Shown piece after piece: positions 19,669-29,858 of a stretch of 64,000 nucleotides of DNA. How positions within the stretch are numbered: position 1 is the first letter of the stretch; every line of letters begins with the position of its first letter. A program made the translations under genes and the position numbers. Origin of the DNA: Candidatus Saccharimonadia bacterium (GTDB taxonomy: Bacteria > Patescibacteriota > Saccharimonadia > UBA4664); NCBI GenBank assembly GCA_038245115.1, contig JBBRSS010000005.1, positions 3,141 through 67,140 on the forward strand, in the 5' to 3' direction. The notes under the pieces are model-generated. The model saw only the letters and a program-made list of their open reading frames with translations, was not told the DNA's origin and did no database searches.

Positions 19669-20828
19669 TTGGCCTCCACTTCCCGTATAGCATTCATTAG
19701 CTCCATGGCGCTCTGCTCCCAACCAAACATCTGCGCGCGCACCTGACCTTTGATAATAAGTTCCTCGCGAAGGTTCTGATCGGTCAGCAGGAGCTGCAAC
19801 TTGGCGGTGATATCGGCCTCGTTCTCGGCGTCTACATACACCGCAGCGTGCCCGCAAACACCCGGCAATGATGAATTGTTGCCCACTAGCACCGGAACTC
19901 CGCAAGCCATCGCTTGAAGCGGCGGGATACCGAACCCTTCGTAAAGGCTGGGCCAGGCGAGCAAGACTGCCCCCGAGAAGAGCGCCGGGAGATCGGTATC
20001 GCCAATGTATCCGGTAGGCAGGATAATCTGATCCCCCGCTGCACGCGCAGCGGCTACTTCGGCGTCAATCTCTTCTGCTCTCCACCCCCCGCCTCCGACC
20101 AAAAGGAGCGGATGGCGGCTACGGAGAGCCACCGGTAGGGCGCGGTAAGCACGGATGAGCCGGACAAGGTTTTTGCGTGGCTCGATATTCCCAAGAAACA
20201 ACAGGTAATCATCCGGGAGACTATACTTGGCCTTCAATGCGGCCACTTCACCGGAGGGACGGTTGTAATATTCGGCCCTATCTACGCCACATGGAACGAT
20301 CTGAATTTTCTCATCCGGCGTACCGAAGTATTTCATGATTTCGGTCCGGCTGAAGTCCGAAAGCGTGGCCACCTTATCGGTCCGCTTAATCCATTTGGGG
20401 ACGTTTGTGGCGAGTAGGTATTGGTGACGCTTGGTAGTTGCGTCTGGGTAAGCCATGTAGCTGGTGTCGTATACGAAAGTAATGCTCTTTGAATGCAGCA
20501 GCGGCCAGCTGCGATAATTTCCAAATAAATACAGCCCGCGGCCTAGAATAAGATCCATAAAAGGCATCAGCGGGGTGGCAGGGAGGCGGTTAAATACGCG
20601 CCAAGGCAAGGGAATCGCCCGGTACTGGGCTCCCGGAATATCCCAGGCCTTAAGATAACCCAGGCTGCGGCTAGTAGCCACTAGAACCATCTCATACTTC
20701 TCGTTGAACTCGGGTTGTTTCAGTAGGGCCGCCAGTAGGCTGTATAGATGGTGCCCGACACCGCTAACTCGCGGGAGGGCGAGCGGCATACCGTCGACGA
20801 AGAACTTACGCTTGGCAGGGGTGCTCAT
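19665..20828 (-). CDS. GT4 glycosyltransferase
   Basis: SGVGH, GNIEPRKN, YEGFGIPPLQAMACG. Confidence 0.9.
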   Translation of the reverse strand: MSTPAKRKFFVDGMPLALPRVSGVGHHLYSLLAALLKQPEFNEKYEMVLVATSRSLGYLKAWDIPGAQYRAIPLPWRVFNRLPATPLMPFMDLILGRGLYLFGNYRSWPLLHSKSITFVYDTSYMAYPDATTKRHQYLLATNVPKWIKRTDKVATLSDFSRTEIMKYFGTPDEKIQIVPCGVDRAEYYNRPSGEVAALKAKYSLPDDYLLFLGNIEPRKNLVRLIRAYRALPVALRSRHPLLLVGGGGWRAEEIDAEVAAARAAGDQIILPTGYIGDTDLPALFSGAVLLAWPSLYEGFGIPPLQAMACGVPVLVGNNSSLPGVCGHAAVYVDAENEADITAKLQLLLTDQNLREELIIKGQVRAQMFGWEQSAMELMNAIREVEAK

Positions 20829-20831
20829 GTG

Positions 20832-22028
20832 CTACTTGTTCTTCTTGGTTGTAATGGTCACAAATGGTGAGACAGAGTAGGGAGTGCGATCTTCTTTGAA
20901 GACGGCAAAAGAGGTGGCGCCCTCCCACCAATCACACACGGTTATACCGTCACTGTGAACAATAGCCGGATCAAGCGTATAGGTGCCATCATTCAGTATA
21001 TTAGCTACCGACCATTCCATCTCTATCCTCTGGCCCTTCTCTAGGATGCCGATGTCGTGGCGCTTGATCTTGCTGTTTGTGCCCAGCATGTGTAGGCCCG
21101 CGGAATTGCGGATAGCGAAGCCGAAAATGGGATCATCTATGCGTTCTTGGGCGGTGGCGGTGGCTCGAATAGTTATTGTACCTTCGGCGGTTTTGTCACC
21201 AACCTCAACTGATACGTCGTCATACTTGACCTGGTTGTCCCCCCAGCGCGTAGCGCCATCACCGGAAACGGCCTTGGATTGGCGATTGAAAAGTTTGGCG
21301 TATTCCATAGCAATCTCATCAGCGGTCCCTGCCGACTTGAGTACATTCTCCTCGATCAGGATGGCGCGGTCACAGTACTCACGTACAGCGTTCATGTCGT
21401 GACTTACGAACACTACTGTAGTATGACTCTTCTTGAGTTTGCGGAAATAGTCGAAACATTTGCGCTGGAAATCAGCATCGCCGACAGCTAGGACCTCGTC
21501 AACCAAAAGAATGTCGGCCTGAGCGCGAGTAGCCAGAGAGAAGGCTAGGCGGACCTGCATACCTGACGAATAATTCTTGAGGCGTTGGTCCATAAACTGC
21601 CCAAGTTCGGCAAATTCAACGATATCGTCGTACATTTCATCAATTCTTTTCTTTGAGAACCCGAGAAGTGCGCCATTCAGATAGACATTCTCGCGACCTG
21701 TGAGCTCTCCGTTAAAACCGACTCCAAGCTCAATGAATGGCACAAGTTTGCCGCTGGTCCGTAAGTTGCCCGAGCTAGGCTGGTAAATTCCCGCGAGGAT
21801 CTTGAGCAAAGTGCTTTTGCCTGAACCGTTACGGCCAACGATGCCGAAAAATTCGCCTCGTTCAATTTCGAATGAAATATCCTTGAGTGCATGCTGTACT
21901 TCTACCTCGCGGTTGCTACTGCCAAACATCTGCACAAACGTGCTTTTTATAGTGTCTACACGCTCGTGCGGCAGAACAAAATTTTTCGAGACGTGCTTTA
22001 CGCTGATGACAATGTCTTTCTTTGCCAT
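20832..22028 (-). CDS. wzt: polysaccharide ABC exporter ATPase with Wzt_C domain
   Basis: GRNGSGKST, YSSGMQVRLAF, DEVLAVGD, C-terminal beta domain; ATG 22028. Confidence 0.93.
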   Translation of the reverse strand: MAKKDIVISVKHVSKNFVLPHERVDTIKSTFVQMFGSSNREVEVQHALKDISFEIERGEFFGIVGRNGSGKSTLLKILAGIYQPSSGNLRTSGKLVPFIELGVGFNGELTGRENVYLNGALLGFSKKRIDEMYDDIVEFAELGQFMDQRLKNYSSGMQVRLAFSLATRAQADILLVDEVLAVGDADFQRKCFDYFRKLKKSHTTVVFVSHDMNAVREYCDRAILIEENVLKSAGTADEIAMEYAKLFNRQSKAVSGDGATRWGDNQVKYDDVSVEVGDKTAEGTITIRATATAQERIDDPIFGFAIRNSAGLHMLGTNSKIKRHDIGILEKGQRIEMEWSVANILNDGTYTLDPAIVHSDGITVCDWWEGATSFAVFKEDRTPYSVSPFVTITTKKNK

Positions 22029-22032
22029 ACCC

Positions 22033-22836
22033 TTATACCTCCTCCGCAAAGAATCGCGAACGGCGCCGGAAATAACTAACCGAGACTAGGGCAGTCACAA
22101 GAACAATACCTAAAGGTACTAGCCGAACAAGGGGGTTGGGGTAGAAGGTAGAGATAGTTTGGGAAGTAGGGTCGAGAAGGACGTACCTGGAGTCTTGAAT
22201 GATCTGAGCCAAAGGGTTAAGGATGAGATACTTTGCGTATTTGGCAGGGATAAAGTTCAGAGTATAGATGATGGGCGTCATATAAAATCCAGCCTGCAGG
22301 ACCAATTCCCAGATGTGACTGAGGTCGCGGAAGCGAACAAAAAGTGCGCTGAGATAGAAGGCTAACGAGACTGATAGAACAAAGATTTCAAGTATCAGCA
22401 GTGGGAGTAATAGCGCGTCGAGTCGAAGGGCAGTATGGGTGAAGACCATAAATATGCCTACAACCACCAGGTTCAAGAATAAGTTTATAAGTGCCGAAAA
22501 AGCCGTGGATAAGACTATGACGTAGCGGGGGAAATTGAGCTTACGCAGCAGGTCTCCGCGGCCGACGATGGAACCAATACCCTGTAGGGTAACCTCGGCA
22601 AAGTAGGTCCACAGTACGATGCCCAAAAACAAAGGAACCGGCCCAACCCCGAATCTCAAAAACCTCACAAACACCACATAAAGAATGGAGAATAGCGCGA
22701 GGGGCTTGAGTAGAGACCAGACATAGCCGAGCACAGAGCCTTGGTACCGAAGCTTGAAGTCGGTAATAACTAGCTGCCGGAGCAGGATTATGGAGTAGCG
22801 GTATCGATTGGCTAGATTGCTAAAGAATTGTTTCAC
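22033..22836 (-). CDS. wzm: polysaccharide ABC exporter permease
   Basis: DFKLRYQGSVLGYVWSLLKPL, FYMTPIIY, NPLAQII. Confidence 0.93.
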   Translation of the reverse strand: MKQFFSNLANRYRYSIILLRQLVITDFKLRYQGSVLGYVWSLLKPLALFSILYVVFVRFLRFGVGPVPLFLGIVLWTYFAEVTLQGIGSIVGRGDLLRKLNFPRYVIVLSTAFSALINLFLNLVVVGIFMVFTHTALRLDALLLPLLILEIFVLSVSLAFYLSALFVRFRDLSHIWELVLQAGFYMTPIIYTLNFIPAKYAKYLILNPLAQIIQDSRYVLLDPTSQTISTFYPNPLVRLVPLGIVLVTALVSVSYFRRRSRFFAEEV

Positions 22837-22965
22837 AAGCGGAAGTACACCTTTACGGATTTATCTAGATAATGAACAGGGTTCTTGGCCCACCTCACGG
22901 GTAGACTGTTCTTATGATATCTCATACCATAGGATTTATCACACCTAAACGGATCTGGAGCACGA

Positions 22966-23895
22966 ATGAAAGTATTAGTTACGGGCGCGAATGGATTTGT
23001 GGGGCCGCATTTATTGAGCGCTCTGCTGGCAGCCGGGCATCAAGTGGTGGCGACTGGGAGCAAGGGCAAGAGTGAATTACCCGAAGGGCTAACGTTTGCT
23101 AGTCTCGATCTGACCGACCGGGCTCAAGTGGACACGCTCGATTTTACGGAGATCGACGGGGTAGTACACTTGGCGGGACTGGCCGCGGTGGGGCCGTCGT
23201 TTGATGCGCCGATGCACTACATCCAGGTGAACGGCGGTATTGAATTGAACTTATTTGAGGCGGCGGCGGAGCAAGGGGCGAAGCCGCGGTTTGTGATTGT
23301 GAGCAGCGGCAGTTTGTATGACCCCACTTCCCCATTGCCGCTCACCGAGACTTCGCGGGTGAAGTGCGCTTCGCCCTACTCTGTGAGCAAGCGGTTGCAG
23401 GAAGAATTAGCCGGATACTTCGGGGTGCGGGGGTTCGAGTATGTGATAGCTCGACCGTTTAACCACATTGGGCCGGGCCAGAACGAGGGATTTATAGTGG
23501 CCGACCTGGCAAAACAGGTGGCTGAGGCCGGGAAGTCGGGGGCTAAGACTATTGCTGTCGGGAATTTGTCGGCGCGGCGTGACTACACCGATGTACGAGA
23601 TATCGTACGAGCCTATATAGCGCTGCTAGAGAAGGGCAAGAACGGGGAGACCTACAACATTTGCTCGGGGCGCTCGGTGAGCGGAGACGAGATCCTAACG
23701 GGTCTGCTGGCGCACGCCAAGAATGCCGATCTGAAACCGGTGGTGGACGAAGCCAAGGTGCGGCCGGTGGATGCGCCCGAGATATATGGCGACTACGGAA
23801 AACTGAAGGCCGATACGGGCTGGGAGCCTAGGATTGCATTGGAGCAGACGCTGGGCGAAGCGCTGGAGGACTGGCGGGGGAGAGTTGAGGGCTAG
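22966..23895 (+). CDS. rmd: GDP-4-keto-6-deoxy-D-mannose reductase (Rmd-like SDR)
   Basis: TGANGFVG, SPYSVSK, RPFNHIGPGQ, VGNLSARRDYTDVRD; near gmd. Confidence 0.8.
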   Translation: MKVLVTGANGFVGPHLLSALLAAGHQVVATGSKGKSELPEGLTFASLDLTDRAQVDTLDFTEIDGVVHLAGLAAVGPSFDAPMHYIQVNGGIELNLFEAAAEQGAKPRFVIVSSGSLYDPTSPLPLTETSRVKCASPYSVSKRLQEELAGYFGVRGFEYVIARPFNHIGPGQNEGFIVADLAKQVAEAGKSGAKTIAVGNLSARRDYTDVRDIVRAYIALLEKGKNGETYNICSGRSVSGDEILTGLLAHAKNADLKPVVDEAKVRPVDAPEIYGDYGKLKADTGWEPRIALEQTLGEALEDWRGRVEG

Positions 23896-23909
23896 GGCTT
23901 CGCTAGCTA

Positions 23910-23939
23910 TTGACAAACATAAGTGTTATAGGGTATAAT
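23910..23939 (+). promoter_or_regulatory. sigma70 promoter
   Basis: TTGACA-N18-TATAAT upstream of the ORF at 24002. Confidence 0.75.
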
Positions 23940-24001
23940 AACCTGCGTCATCAGAGACACCGTTCCGGCAACCTTGCCGACAAGTGAAATGAGATGAGCA
24001 C

Positions 24002-24379
24002 ATGTTCGATTCAACCATCATCCCGATGGCTATGGTCAGCTCGGACGACCGCCGCACCATCTCCGAGGCCACAGTCACGCATGGTGACGGAAGCGTTGAG
24101 CGCACTACGCTCATTGTGACCAAACCCGATGCGGCCCCGGTGGGCAACCACTACCATGAAGGCCGCGAGACCTTCATCCTGGTTGCCGGCTCCGGCGAGA
24201 TCCTGACTCAGGACGTGGTGGACGGTGGGGTCTACCGACGGCTGGTGCTTGCACCGGAACTGATCGAGATCCCGGCTGGCGTCGCCCACACCTTCGTGCC
24301 CAACGGGCCGATCACACTGGTGTGCCTCACGCACTGCTCATATGAGGACTTGGGGACGCATCCCTGGAAACTCGCCTGA
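24002..24379 (+). CDS. cupin (FdtA/WxcM-like) protein
   Basis: GNHYH...ETF, IPAGVAHTF. Confidence 0.75.
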   Translation: MFDSTIIPMAMVSSDDRRTISEATVTHGDGSVERTTLIVTKPDAAPVGNHYHEGRETFILVAGSGEILTQDVVDGGVYRRLVLAPELIEIPAGVAHTFVPNGPITLVCLTHCSYEDLGTHPWKLA

Positions 24380-24417
24380 GTGTGCCTGCCCCAGCCCCGC
24401 GAGCATCAAGCTCGCAG

Positions 24418-24449
24418 CCCCGCCGACATGTAGTCGGCGGGGTGTTTTG
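24418..24449 (+). terminator. intrinsic terminator
   Basis: CCCCGCCGAC-atgta-GTCGGCGGGG followed by TGTTTT. Confidence 0.75.
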
Positions 24450-24472
24450 CTTTTATGCGAGTTTATTTCGGG

Positions 24473-25486
24473 CTAGGCGCCAGAACTTACGGAGCCGCGC
24501 TCTTTTTTGCCTTCAATTTCGAGATCGTTGGCGACCATCATTTTCACTAATTCGGGGAACTTAACTGTTGGCTCCCAGCCAAGCTTGGCTTTGGCTTTGC
24601 TCGGGTCGCCCAGAAGCAGGTCGACTTCGGCGGGGCGCATAAAGCGAGGATCTTGCTTCACATAGGGCTTCCAATCGGTAATGCCAACTTCGGCAAAGGA
24701 GAGGTCGAGGAGCTCGCTGATGGGGTGAGTAACACCGGTAGCCAAGACGTAGTCATCGGGCTCGTCCTGCTGGAGCATCCGCCACATGCCTTCAACGTAA
24801 TCGCCGGCAAAGCCCCAGTCGCGCTGCGAGTCGATGTTGCCAAGCGCGATCTCCTTCTGGAGACCGAGCTTGATGCGGGCAACGGAGCTAGTAATCTTGC
24901 GGGTGACGAATTCATAGCCGCGGCGAGGAGATTCGTGGTTGAAGAGGATGCCGCAGGAGGCGTGGATGCCGTAGCTTTCGCGGTAGTTGACGGTCATGAA
25001 GTGGGCATAACCCTTAGCGACGCCGTAGGGGCTGCGCGGGTGGAAGGGAGTGAGCTCATTTTGAGGAGTTTCACGGACCTTGCCATAGAGTTCGCTGGTG
25101 GAAGCCTGGTAGTAGCGCATCTTGCCCTTGCCACCATCTACGACGCGAATGGCCTCAAGCAGACGCAGAGCGCCCAAGCCAGTTATGTTGCCGGTGAGCT
25201 CGGGCTGCTTAAACGACATGGCGACAAAGCTAATGGCGCCAAGGTTGTAGACCTCGTCGGGCTGGGAGATCTCGAGGGCCGCGATGAGTGAACCCATATC
25301 AGACAGGTCGCCCTCGATGAGCTCAACCCATGGGAAGTGCTGCTCGAGGATGTGCCGTTTGGGGTTGTGCTGACCCCGGATTAATCCATAAACCTGATAA
25401 TTCTTCTCGTGGAGTAACTCAGCGAGATACATTCCATCTTGACCGGTGATGCCCGTGATGAGGGCGCGTTTCTGCGTGTTTGCCAT
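24473..25486 (-). CDS. gmd: GDP-mannose 4,6-dehydratase
   Basis: [44 protein letters not shown]. Confidence 0.96.
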   Translation of the reverse strand: MANTQKRALITGITGQDGMYLAELLHEKNYQVYGLIRGQHNPKRHILEQHFPWVELIEGDLSDMGSLIAALEISQPDEVYNLGAISFVAMSFKQPELTGNITGLGALRLLEAIRVVDGGKGKMRYYQASTSELYGKVRETPQNELTPFHPRSPYGVAKGYAHFMTVNYRESYGIHASCGILFNHESPRRGYEFVTRKITSSVARIKLGLQKEIALGNIDSQRDWGFAGDYVEGMWRMLQQDEPDDYVLATGVTHPISELLDLSFAEVGITDWKPYVKQDPRFMRPAEVDLLLGDPSKAKAKLGWEPTVKFPELVKMMVANDLEIEGKKERGSVSSGA

Positions 25487-25600
25487 GTGTATATCACAAC
25501 CTCTTTACCTTATCGATTTTGCCGTCTTTGCTATCTGAAGTCAAACCGAGGTACGGGTCTAGGGTGGACGGTGGCCGTACTGAGGTGCTAGCGTGTCCAT

Positions 25601-26716
25601 ATGAAGATCGCAATTGACGCTCGCATGTTGTACTGGACCGGAATTGGGCGCTATACCAAGGCGCTGCTGGATGAACTGCAGCAAATTGATACTGAAAATA
25701 CTTACATTGTACTTATGCGCAAGGCGGATTGGGGTATATGGGAGCCAACGGCGGCTAATTTCACCAAGGTGGAGGCGAGCATAAATCCTTATACGCTGGG
25801 GGAGCAGTGGGCGTTTTATCTGCAGTTACGGGCTCTGAACGTGGACCTGGTGCACTTTACCGCGCCGAATACTCCCCTGCTCTACCAAGGACGTCGCGTG
25901 GTAACGATTCACGACCTGACGCTGGTGGATTTTGATACCAGCCGCGGACGAGGATTGGCAAAATTATTGCGGAGTGCCAAACGGCTGCCGTTTCGGCTGG
26001 TGTTTGGGAATAATATCCGGTTTGCAAACCAGCTGGTGACAGATACGGATTATGTACACGATCAGTTGGTGGAGCGGTTTGGGGTCAAGCACGGCCGGGT
26101 GCGCACGACCTTGCTGGCAGTGGATGCGAACGTGGCCGAACCGGCGCCAATTGAGCGGCTGGGGCCGCTGGGGCGGTATGTGTTTTATATCGGCAACGTG
26201 TACCCTTATAAGAATTTGAGCTCGACATTGAAGGCAATGGCTTTAATGGATATGAAATATAGTGATGTGAAACTGATAGTGGCGGGCAAGCGCGATGCGT
26301 TTAGTGCCGAGCTGGAGCGCGAGGCGGCGGAATTGGGGCTGGCCGAGCGGGTGAAATTCGTGGGCTACGTGAGCGATGGCGAGATGATCTCGTTGTACCG
26401 CGGGGCGGCCGCCTACGTGAACCCGTCGCTGTCGGAGGGTTTTGGGCTGCAGGGCTTGGAGGCAATGGCCCAGGGCACGCCGGTGGTGGCGGCCAAGGCG
26501 ACGTGCCTACCCGAGGTTTACGGCGAGGCGGCAGAGTATTTTGACCCTAAGGACGCGAGTGATCAGGCGGCGGCACTGGGGCGGGTGCTGGATGACAAGG
26601 CGTTGGCAAATAAGTTGCGCACGGCGGGCAAGGAGCGCGTGAAGGCGTTCTCGTGGCGGCGAATGGCCGAGCAGACGTTGGAGGCTTATGAGGCGGCGGG
26701 GGCGGCCTCTAAGTAG
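25601..26716 (+). CDS. GT4 glycosyltransferase
   Basis: TGIGRY, TIHDL, YPYKN, EGFGLQGLEAM. Confidence 0.9.
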   Translation: MKIAIDARMLYWTGIGRYTKALLDELQQIDTENTYIVLMRKADWGIWEPTAANFTKVEASINPYTLGEQWAFYLQLRALNVDLVHFTAPNTPLLYQGRRVVTIHDLTLVDFDTSRGRGLAKLLRSAKRLPFRLVFGNNIRFANQLVTDTDYVHDQLVERFGVKHGRVRTTLLAVDANVAEPAPIERLGPLGRYVFYIGNVYPYKNLSSTLKAMALMDMKYSDVKLIVAGKRDAFSAELEREAAELGLAERVKFVGYVSDGEMISLYRGAAAYVNPSLSEGFGLQGLEAMAQGTPVVAAKATCLPEVYGEAAEYFDPKDASDQAAALGRVLDDKALANKLRTAGKERVKAFSWRRMAEQTLEAYEAAGAASK

Positions 26717-26761
26717 GCTAACCGGCCTCGCCTGCGCCCGCACCGGTGAGGCCGGTTAGCC
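26716..26761. terminator. GC-rich hairpin (terminator or processing site)
   Basis: GGCTAACCGGCCTC...GAGGCCGGTTAGCC perfect 14-bp arms, no U tract. Confidence 0.5.
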
Positions 26762-26856
26762 TTGGGTTGGCTGGATTTACTACGAGACTATTAGATGTAA
26801 GCCGATATTTACTTTCGTATTACGTTGAGATAGAATGTAAGAAATTGGAGCTTACT

Positions 26857-27105
26857 GTGGCTATAATGAAACCATCTTCGAAAAATCAGATCGTAATCCC
26901 ACGTGCAATCCGGGAGAAGCTGGGCATTGGGCCAGGGACGCCGGTATTTATCAATATGGTTGGCGACGATGAGGCTCGGATAAGCACGAAATCGGTGCTG
27001 GAACGCTACGCCGGGACGATGCCGGGAGTGTGGGGGGAGGATCCCGCGGCGACTATCCGCCGCGACCGGGACGAATGGGATGAGCGGCTGGACGTAGATC
27101 GGTGA
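26857..27105 (+). CDS. vapB: AbrB/VapB-type antitoxin
   Basis: SSKNQIVIPRAIREKLGIGPG; GGAG RBS before GTG 26857; overlaps the PIN gene. Confidence 0.8.
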   Translation: MAIMKPSSKNQIVIPRAIREKLGIGPGTPVFINMVGDDEARISTKSVLERYAGTMPGVWGEDPAATIRRDRDEWDERLDVDR

Positions 27106-27521
27106 GGATAGCGCTCGACTCCAATATATTCATCTACGCCCTAGAGCAAAATAGCGACTGGAGTAAGTCCGCGATCGCAGTATTGAGGCAACTAGAGGGA
27201 GACCGTGTCACGGGGGTGGCGTCGGTGTTGTGCCTGAGTGAGGTGTTGGCGGCTCCTTTTATGGAGTCCCAACAGATGGGAGATGACGCCCAGCTGTTTA
27301 TGGAGGGGCTGGAGGGGCTGGATTATATACCGATGAATGCGGAGATAGCTATACGGGCGGGGCGATTGCGAGCCGCGCATGGGCCAAAACTCAAAACGCC
27401 AGATTCAATTCATCTGGCGACAGCGCTATGGGAACGAGCGGACTATTTTGTGACGAATGATCGCGAGCTGCTAAAGCTCGCTAACTTAAAGATAATATTA
27501 CTGGGTGAGCCACTGAGCTAG
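27102..27521 (+). CDS. vapC: PIN-domain toxin
   Basis: IALDSNIFIY, LSEVL, LKTPDSIHLATA, FVTND. Confidence 0.9.
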   Translation: MRIALDSNIFIYALEQNSDWSKSAIAVLRQLEGDRVTGVASVLCLSEVLAAPFMESQQMGDDAQLFMEGLEGLDYIPMNAEIAIRAGRLRAAHGPKLKTPDSIHLATALWERADYFVTNDRELLKLANLKIILLGEPLS

Positions 27522-27536
27522 GGCTCAAACCGGCGG

Positions 27537-27992
27537 CTATTTGGCGGGTAGCACAACGATGCGGCGGTCGTGGGATTCGCCGCGAGACTCGGTGGCAACT
27601 CCGTCGATGTCGCGCAGGGTCATGTGGACGATGCGGCGATCGGCGGGATTCATGGGCTTGAGCTCTTCTTCGGCGCCGGATTCTTTGACACGCTCAGCGA
27701 CTTCGCGGGCGAGCTCTTCGAGCTGGGCGCGGCGGGCTTCTTTGTAGCCGGCGACGTCCACAAGGACGCGCGGGGACAGGCCGTCGTGGGCTTTGACCAT
27801 CTGATTGATCAGGTATTCGATGGCGCGCAGGGTTTCGCCGCGGTGGCCGATGAGGCGGGGGCTATCGGGGGTGCCGTCGATTTTGAGCTCGATGCCATCG
27901 TCGGTAACATCGGCGGCGACTTTGACGTTAATGCCAAAAAAAGAAACCAGCTCTTCGAGACGCAATTTGGAGAATTCTAAAGTATCACTCAT
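27537..27992 (-). CDS. jag: KH-R3H RNA-binding protein (Jag/KhpB lacking Jag_N)
   Basis: LIGHRGETLRAI, PMNPADRRIVH, ESRGE; follows yidC. Confidence 0.88.
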   Translation of the reverse strand: MSDTLEFSKLRLEELVSFFGINVKVAADVTDDGIELKIDGTPDSPRLIGHRGETLRAIEYLINQMVKAHDGLSPRVLVDVAGYKEARRAQLEELAREVAERVKESGAEEELKPMNPADRRIVHMTLRDIDGVATESRGESHDRRIVVLPAK

Positions 27993-28783
27993 TATTTCTT
28001 CCTCTTCTTCTTACCCTTGGAACGATGTGAGTGCTCCTTGGGCAGTGCTACCGGAGTAGGGGTGCCGTCTTCGAGCTCTTGGACGTCACGCTTGAGAACG
28101 AGGTATTGCTGGAGAATGGCGATTGAGCTGGCGGTAAACCAGTAGAGCGGCAGGGCGGAAGGTAGTGACAGGCCAATGAAGAAGGTGACGGCAGGAAAAA
28201 TGTAGACCATGCCCGTCATCATTTGCGCCTGGGTGTCTCCGGGGGTGTGTTTGGGGGTGATCTGCTTGGTCTGAATAAACTGGGCGAGCCCGGCCATGGC
28301 GGCCAGGAGGATAGAGGGTTTGGTGAGGTTGATGGCGCCAAACAGGGTGGGGTGGAAAATAGCGTTGTTCTTGATAATCTCGGCAATTGGGGTGAGGTGA
28401 GCGACCGGAGCGTAAACCAGTTTGGCGATTTCACCAACTTTGACGATATCCTTGAGCACAATAAAGAGAGCAAAGAAAATAGGTAGCTGGATGATTAAGG
28501 GTAGGAACGAGGCGAAGGGGTTAATTTCGCGCTCTTTGTAGAGCTCCATGGTGAGTTTACCCTCGAGGGTGCGATCGCCGGCGGCTTCGGTTTTGATGCG
28601 CTTGAGCTCGGGCTGGAGCTCCTGGAGGGCGCGCTGCGAATGGAGCTGCTTGGTGACGAGAGGCCAGAGGGCGCCGCGGATGATTATGGTGAGCAGAATA
28701 ATGGCCAGACCAAAGTCCCCAACAATGGCGTAGCAAACCGCCAAGAGGTTGAAGATCGGTTGGACGAACAGAGTGTTAAACAT
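27992..28783 (-). CDS. yidC: membrane protein insertase
   Basis: FGLAIILLTIIIR, LQPEL, NPFASFLPLIIQLPI, LYW. Confidence 0.93.
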   Translation of the reverse strand: MFNTLFVQPIFNLLAVCYAIVGDFGLAIILLTIIIRGALWPLVTKQLHSQRALQELQPELKRIKTEAAGDRTLEGKLTMELYKEREINPFASFLPLIIQLPIFFALFIVLKDIVKVGEIAKLVYAPVAHLTPIAEIIKNNAIFHPTLFGAINLTKPSILLAAMAGLAQFIQTKQITPKHTPGDTQAQMMTGMVYIFPAVTFFIGLSLPSALPLYWFTASSIAILQQYLVLKRDVQELEDGTPTPVALPKEHSHRSKGKKKRKK

Positions 28784-28807
28784 ATCTGATTGAAGCTCCG
28801 AAAGTGA

Positions 28808-29155
28808 TTAACGTTGGTCGACGTGGGCGCGGGCGAGAGCTTTCGCAAGATGGCTGGTGAGCTCTGCGGCGGGCAATTCGCTGATGTCGGCATGAACACT
28901 TACTACTATATCGTAACCGGGTTGGACTGTCGCCCAACTTTCGCGCAGCAGCTCAATGAGCCGGCGGCGAATGCGGTTGCGCACGACGGCGCGTTTGCTA
29001 ACTTTCTTGCCGACAACCACCACTAAACGGGTGACGGGGCGGCCGGAAGTTGCGGCCTTAACCGACAAAACGCCCCCAGAACCTCCATAGGCACCGCGTT
29101 TGTATACACGGGCAATGTCGGCGGCGGAGCGCAGGCGGTTGGCACGAGCCAGCAC
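28808..29155 (-). CDS. rnpA: RNase P protein component
   Basis: KKVSKRAVVRNRIRRR (RNR motif), GYDIVV. Confidence 0.93.
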   Translation of the reverse strand: MLARANRLRSAADIARVYKRGAYGGSGGVLSVKAATSGRPVTRLVVVVGKKVSKRAVVRNRIRRRLIELLRESWATVQPGYDIVVSVHADISELPAAELTSHLAKALARAHVDQR

Positions 29156-29159
29156 GAGG

Positions 29160-29297
29160 CTAGATCGCGACGCGGGCGCGGCCCTTGAGGCGGCGGCGCT
29201 TTAAGACCAGTCGACCAGCACGGGTAGACATCCGTTGGATGAACCCGTGGACGCGCTGACCGTGGATTTTCTTGGGTTGGTAAGTTCGCTTAGACAT
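29160..29297 (-). CDS. rpmH: 50S ribosomal protein L34
   Basis: Manual translation [45 protein letters not shown]; TTGACT-N17-TAAAGT promoter upstream. Confidence 0.96.
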   Translation of the reverse strand: MSKRTYQPKKIHGQRVHGFIQRMSTRAGRLVLKRRRLKGRARVAI

Positions 29298-29699
29298 AAC
29301 TTTGGTACTTTACGCTATCTGGAGGCTAGAGTCAACGGGTTTGAGGGTGAGTCTGAGTAGCTTAAGCGGGTTGATTGGGCGCCTGGATTTGGTTTAACTG
29401 GGCCGCTTCGGGGCTCCGCCACGTTCTTGCTCAAGAACTCGACCCCCATGTTCATCGACGCGTTGTCTTGTCTGGCTCTCGCTGCGAAGTGGCGTGTCCC
29501 CTCTTCGGCTTGGAGGAAGACCAGAAAACATTTATCTCCTCGCAACGGCGGTATGAGGGCTCGCGCCAGTAAAGTGAGCGCCTGACAAGAAAAAGGGCTG
29601 AAAAGCAGGCGGGTTGAGTTCGTGAACGAGCTGGTGTGAGACCTTGTCCGGCCAGATAAATTCTTGCAATGTTCGGTTTTCACCCAAGATTTTTCCCCG

Positions 29700-29812
29700 C
29701 CTTATCCCCACCTATCCACGGGGTTATCCACCTAGGCCATACCTGTTGGAGAGCAATTTCTGTGGATAAGTTGGGCATAATTATTAGTTTACAAATTGCC
29801 GTTGTGGAAAAG
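29700..29812. promoter_or_regulatory. DnaA-box cluster upstream of dnaA (oriC part 1)
   Basis: TTATCCCCA 29702, CTATCCACG 29712, TTATCCACC 29724, TGTGGATAA 29761, TGTGGAAAA 29803. Confidence 0.85.
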
Positions 29813-29858
29813 GCTCATGCTCTCTATGATAGTTGTAACGTTAGGAGTCGGGAGCTTT

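Noticed and set aside
29340-29660. RNase P RNA, tmRNA or SRP RNA near rnpA
   Set aside because: No GAGGAAAGTCC, tRNA-like ends or SRP loop motif recognised on either strand.
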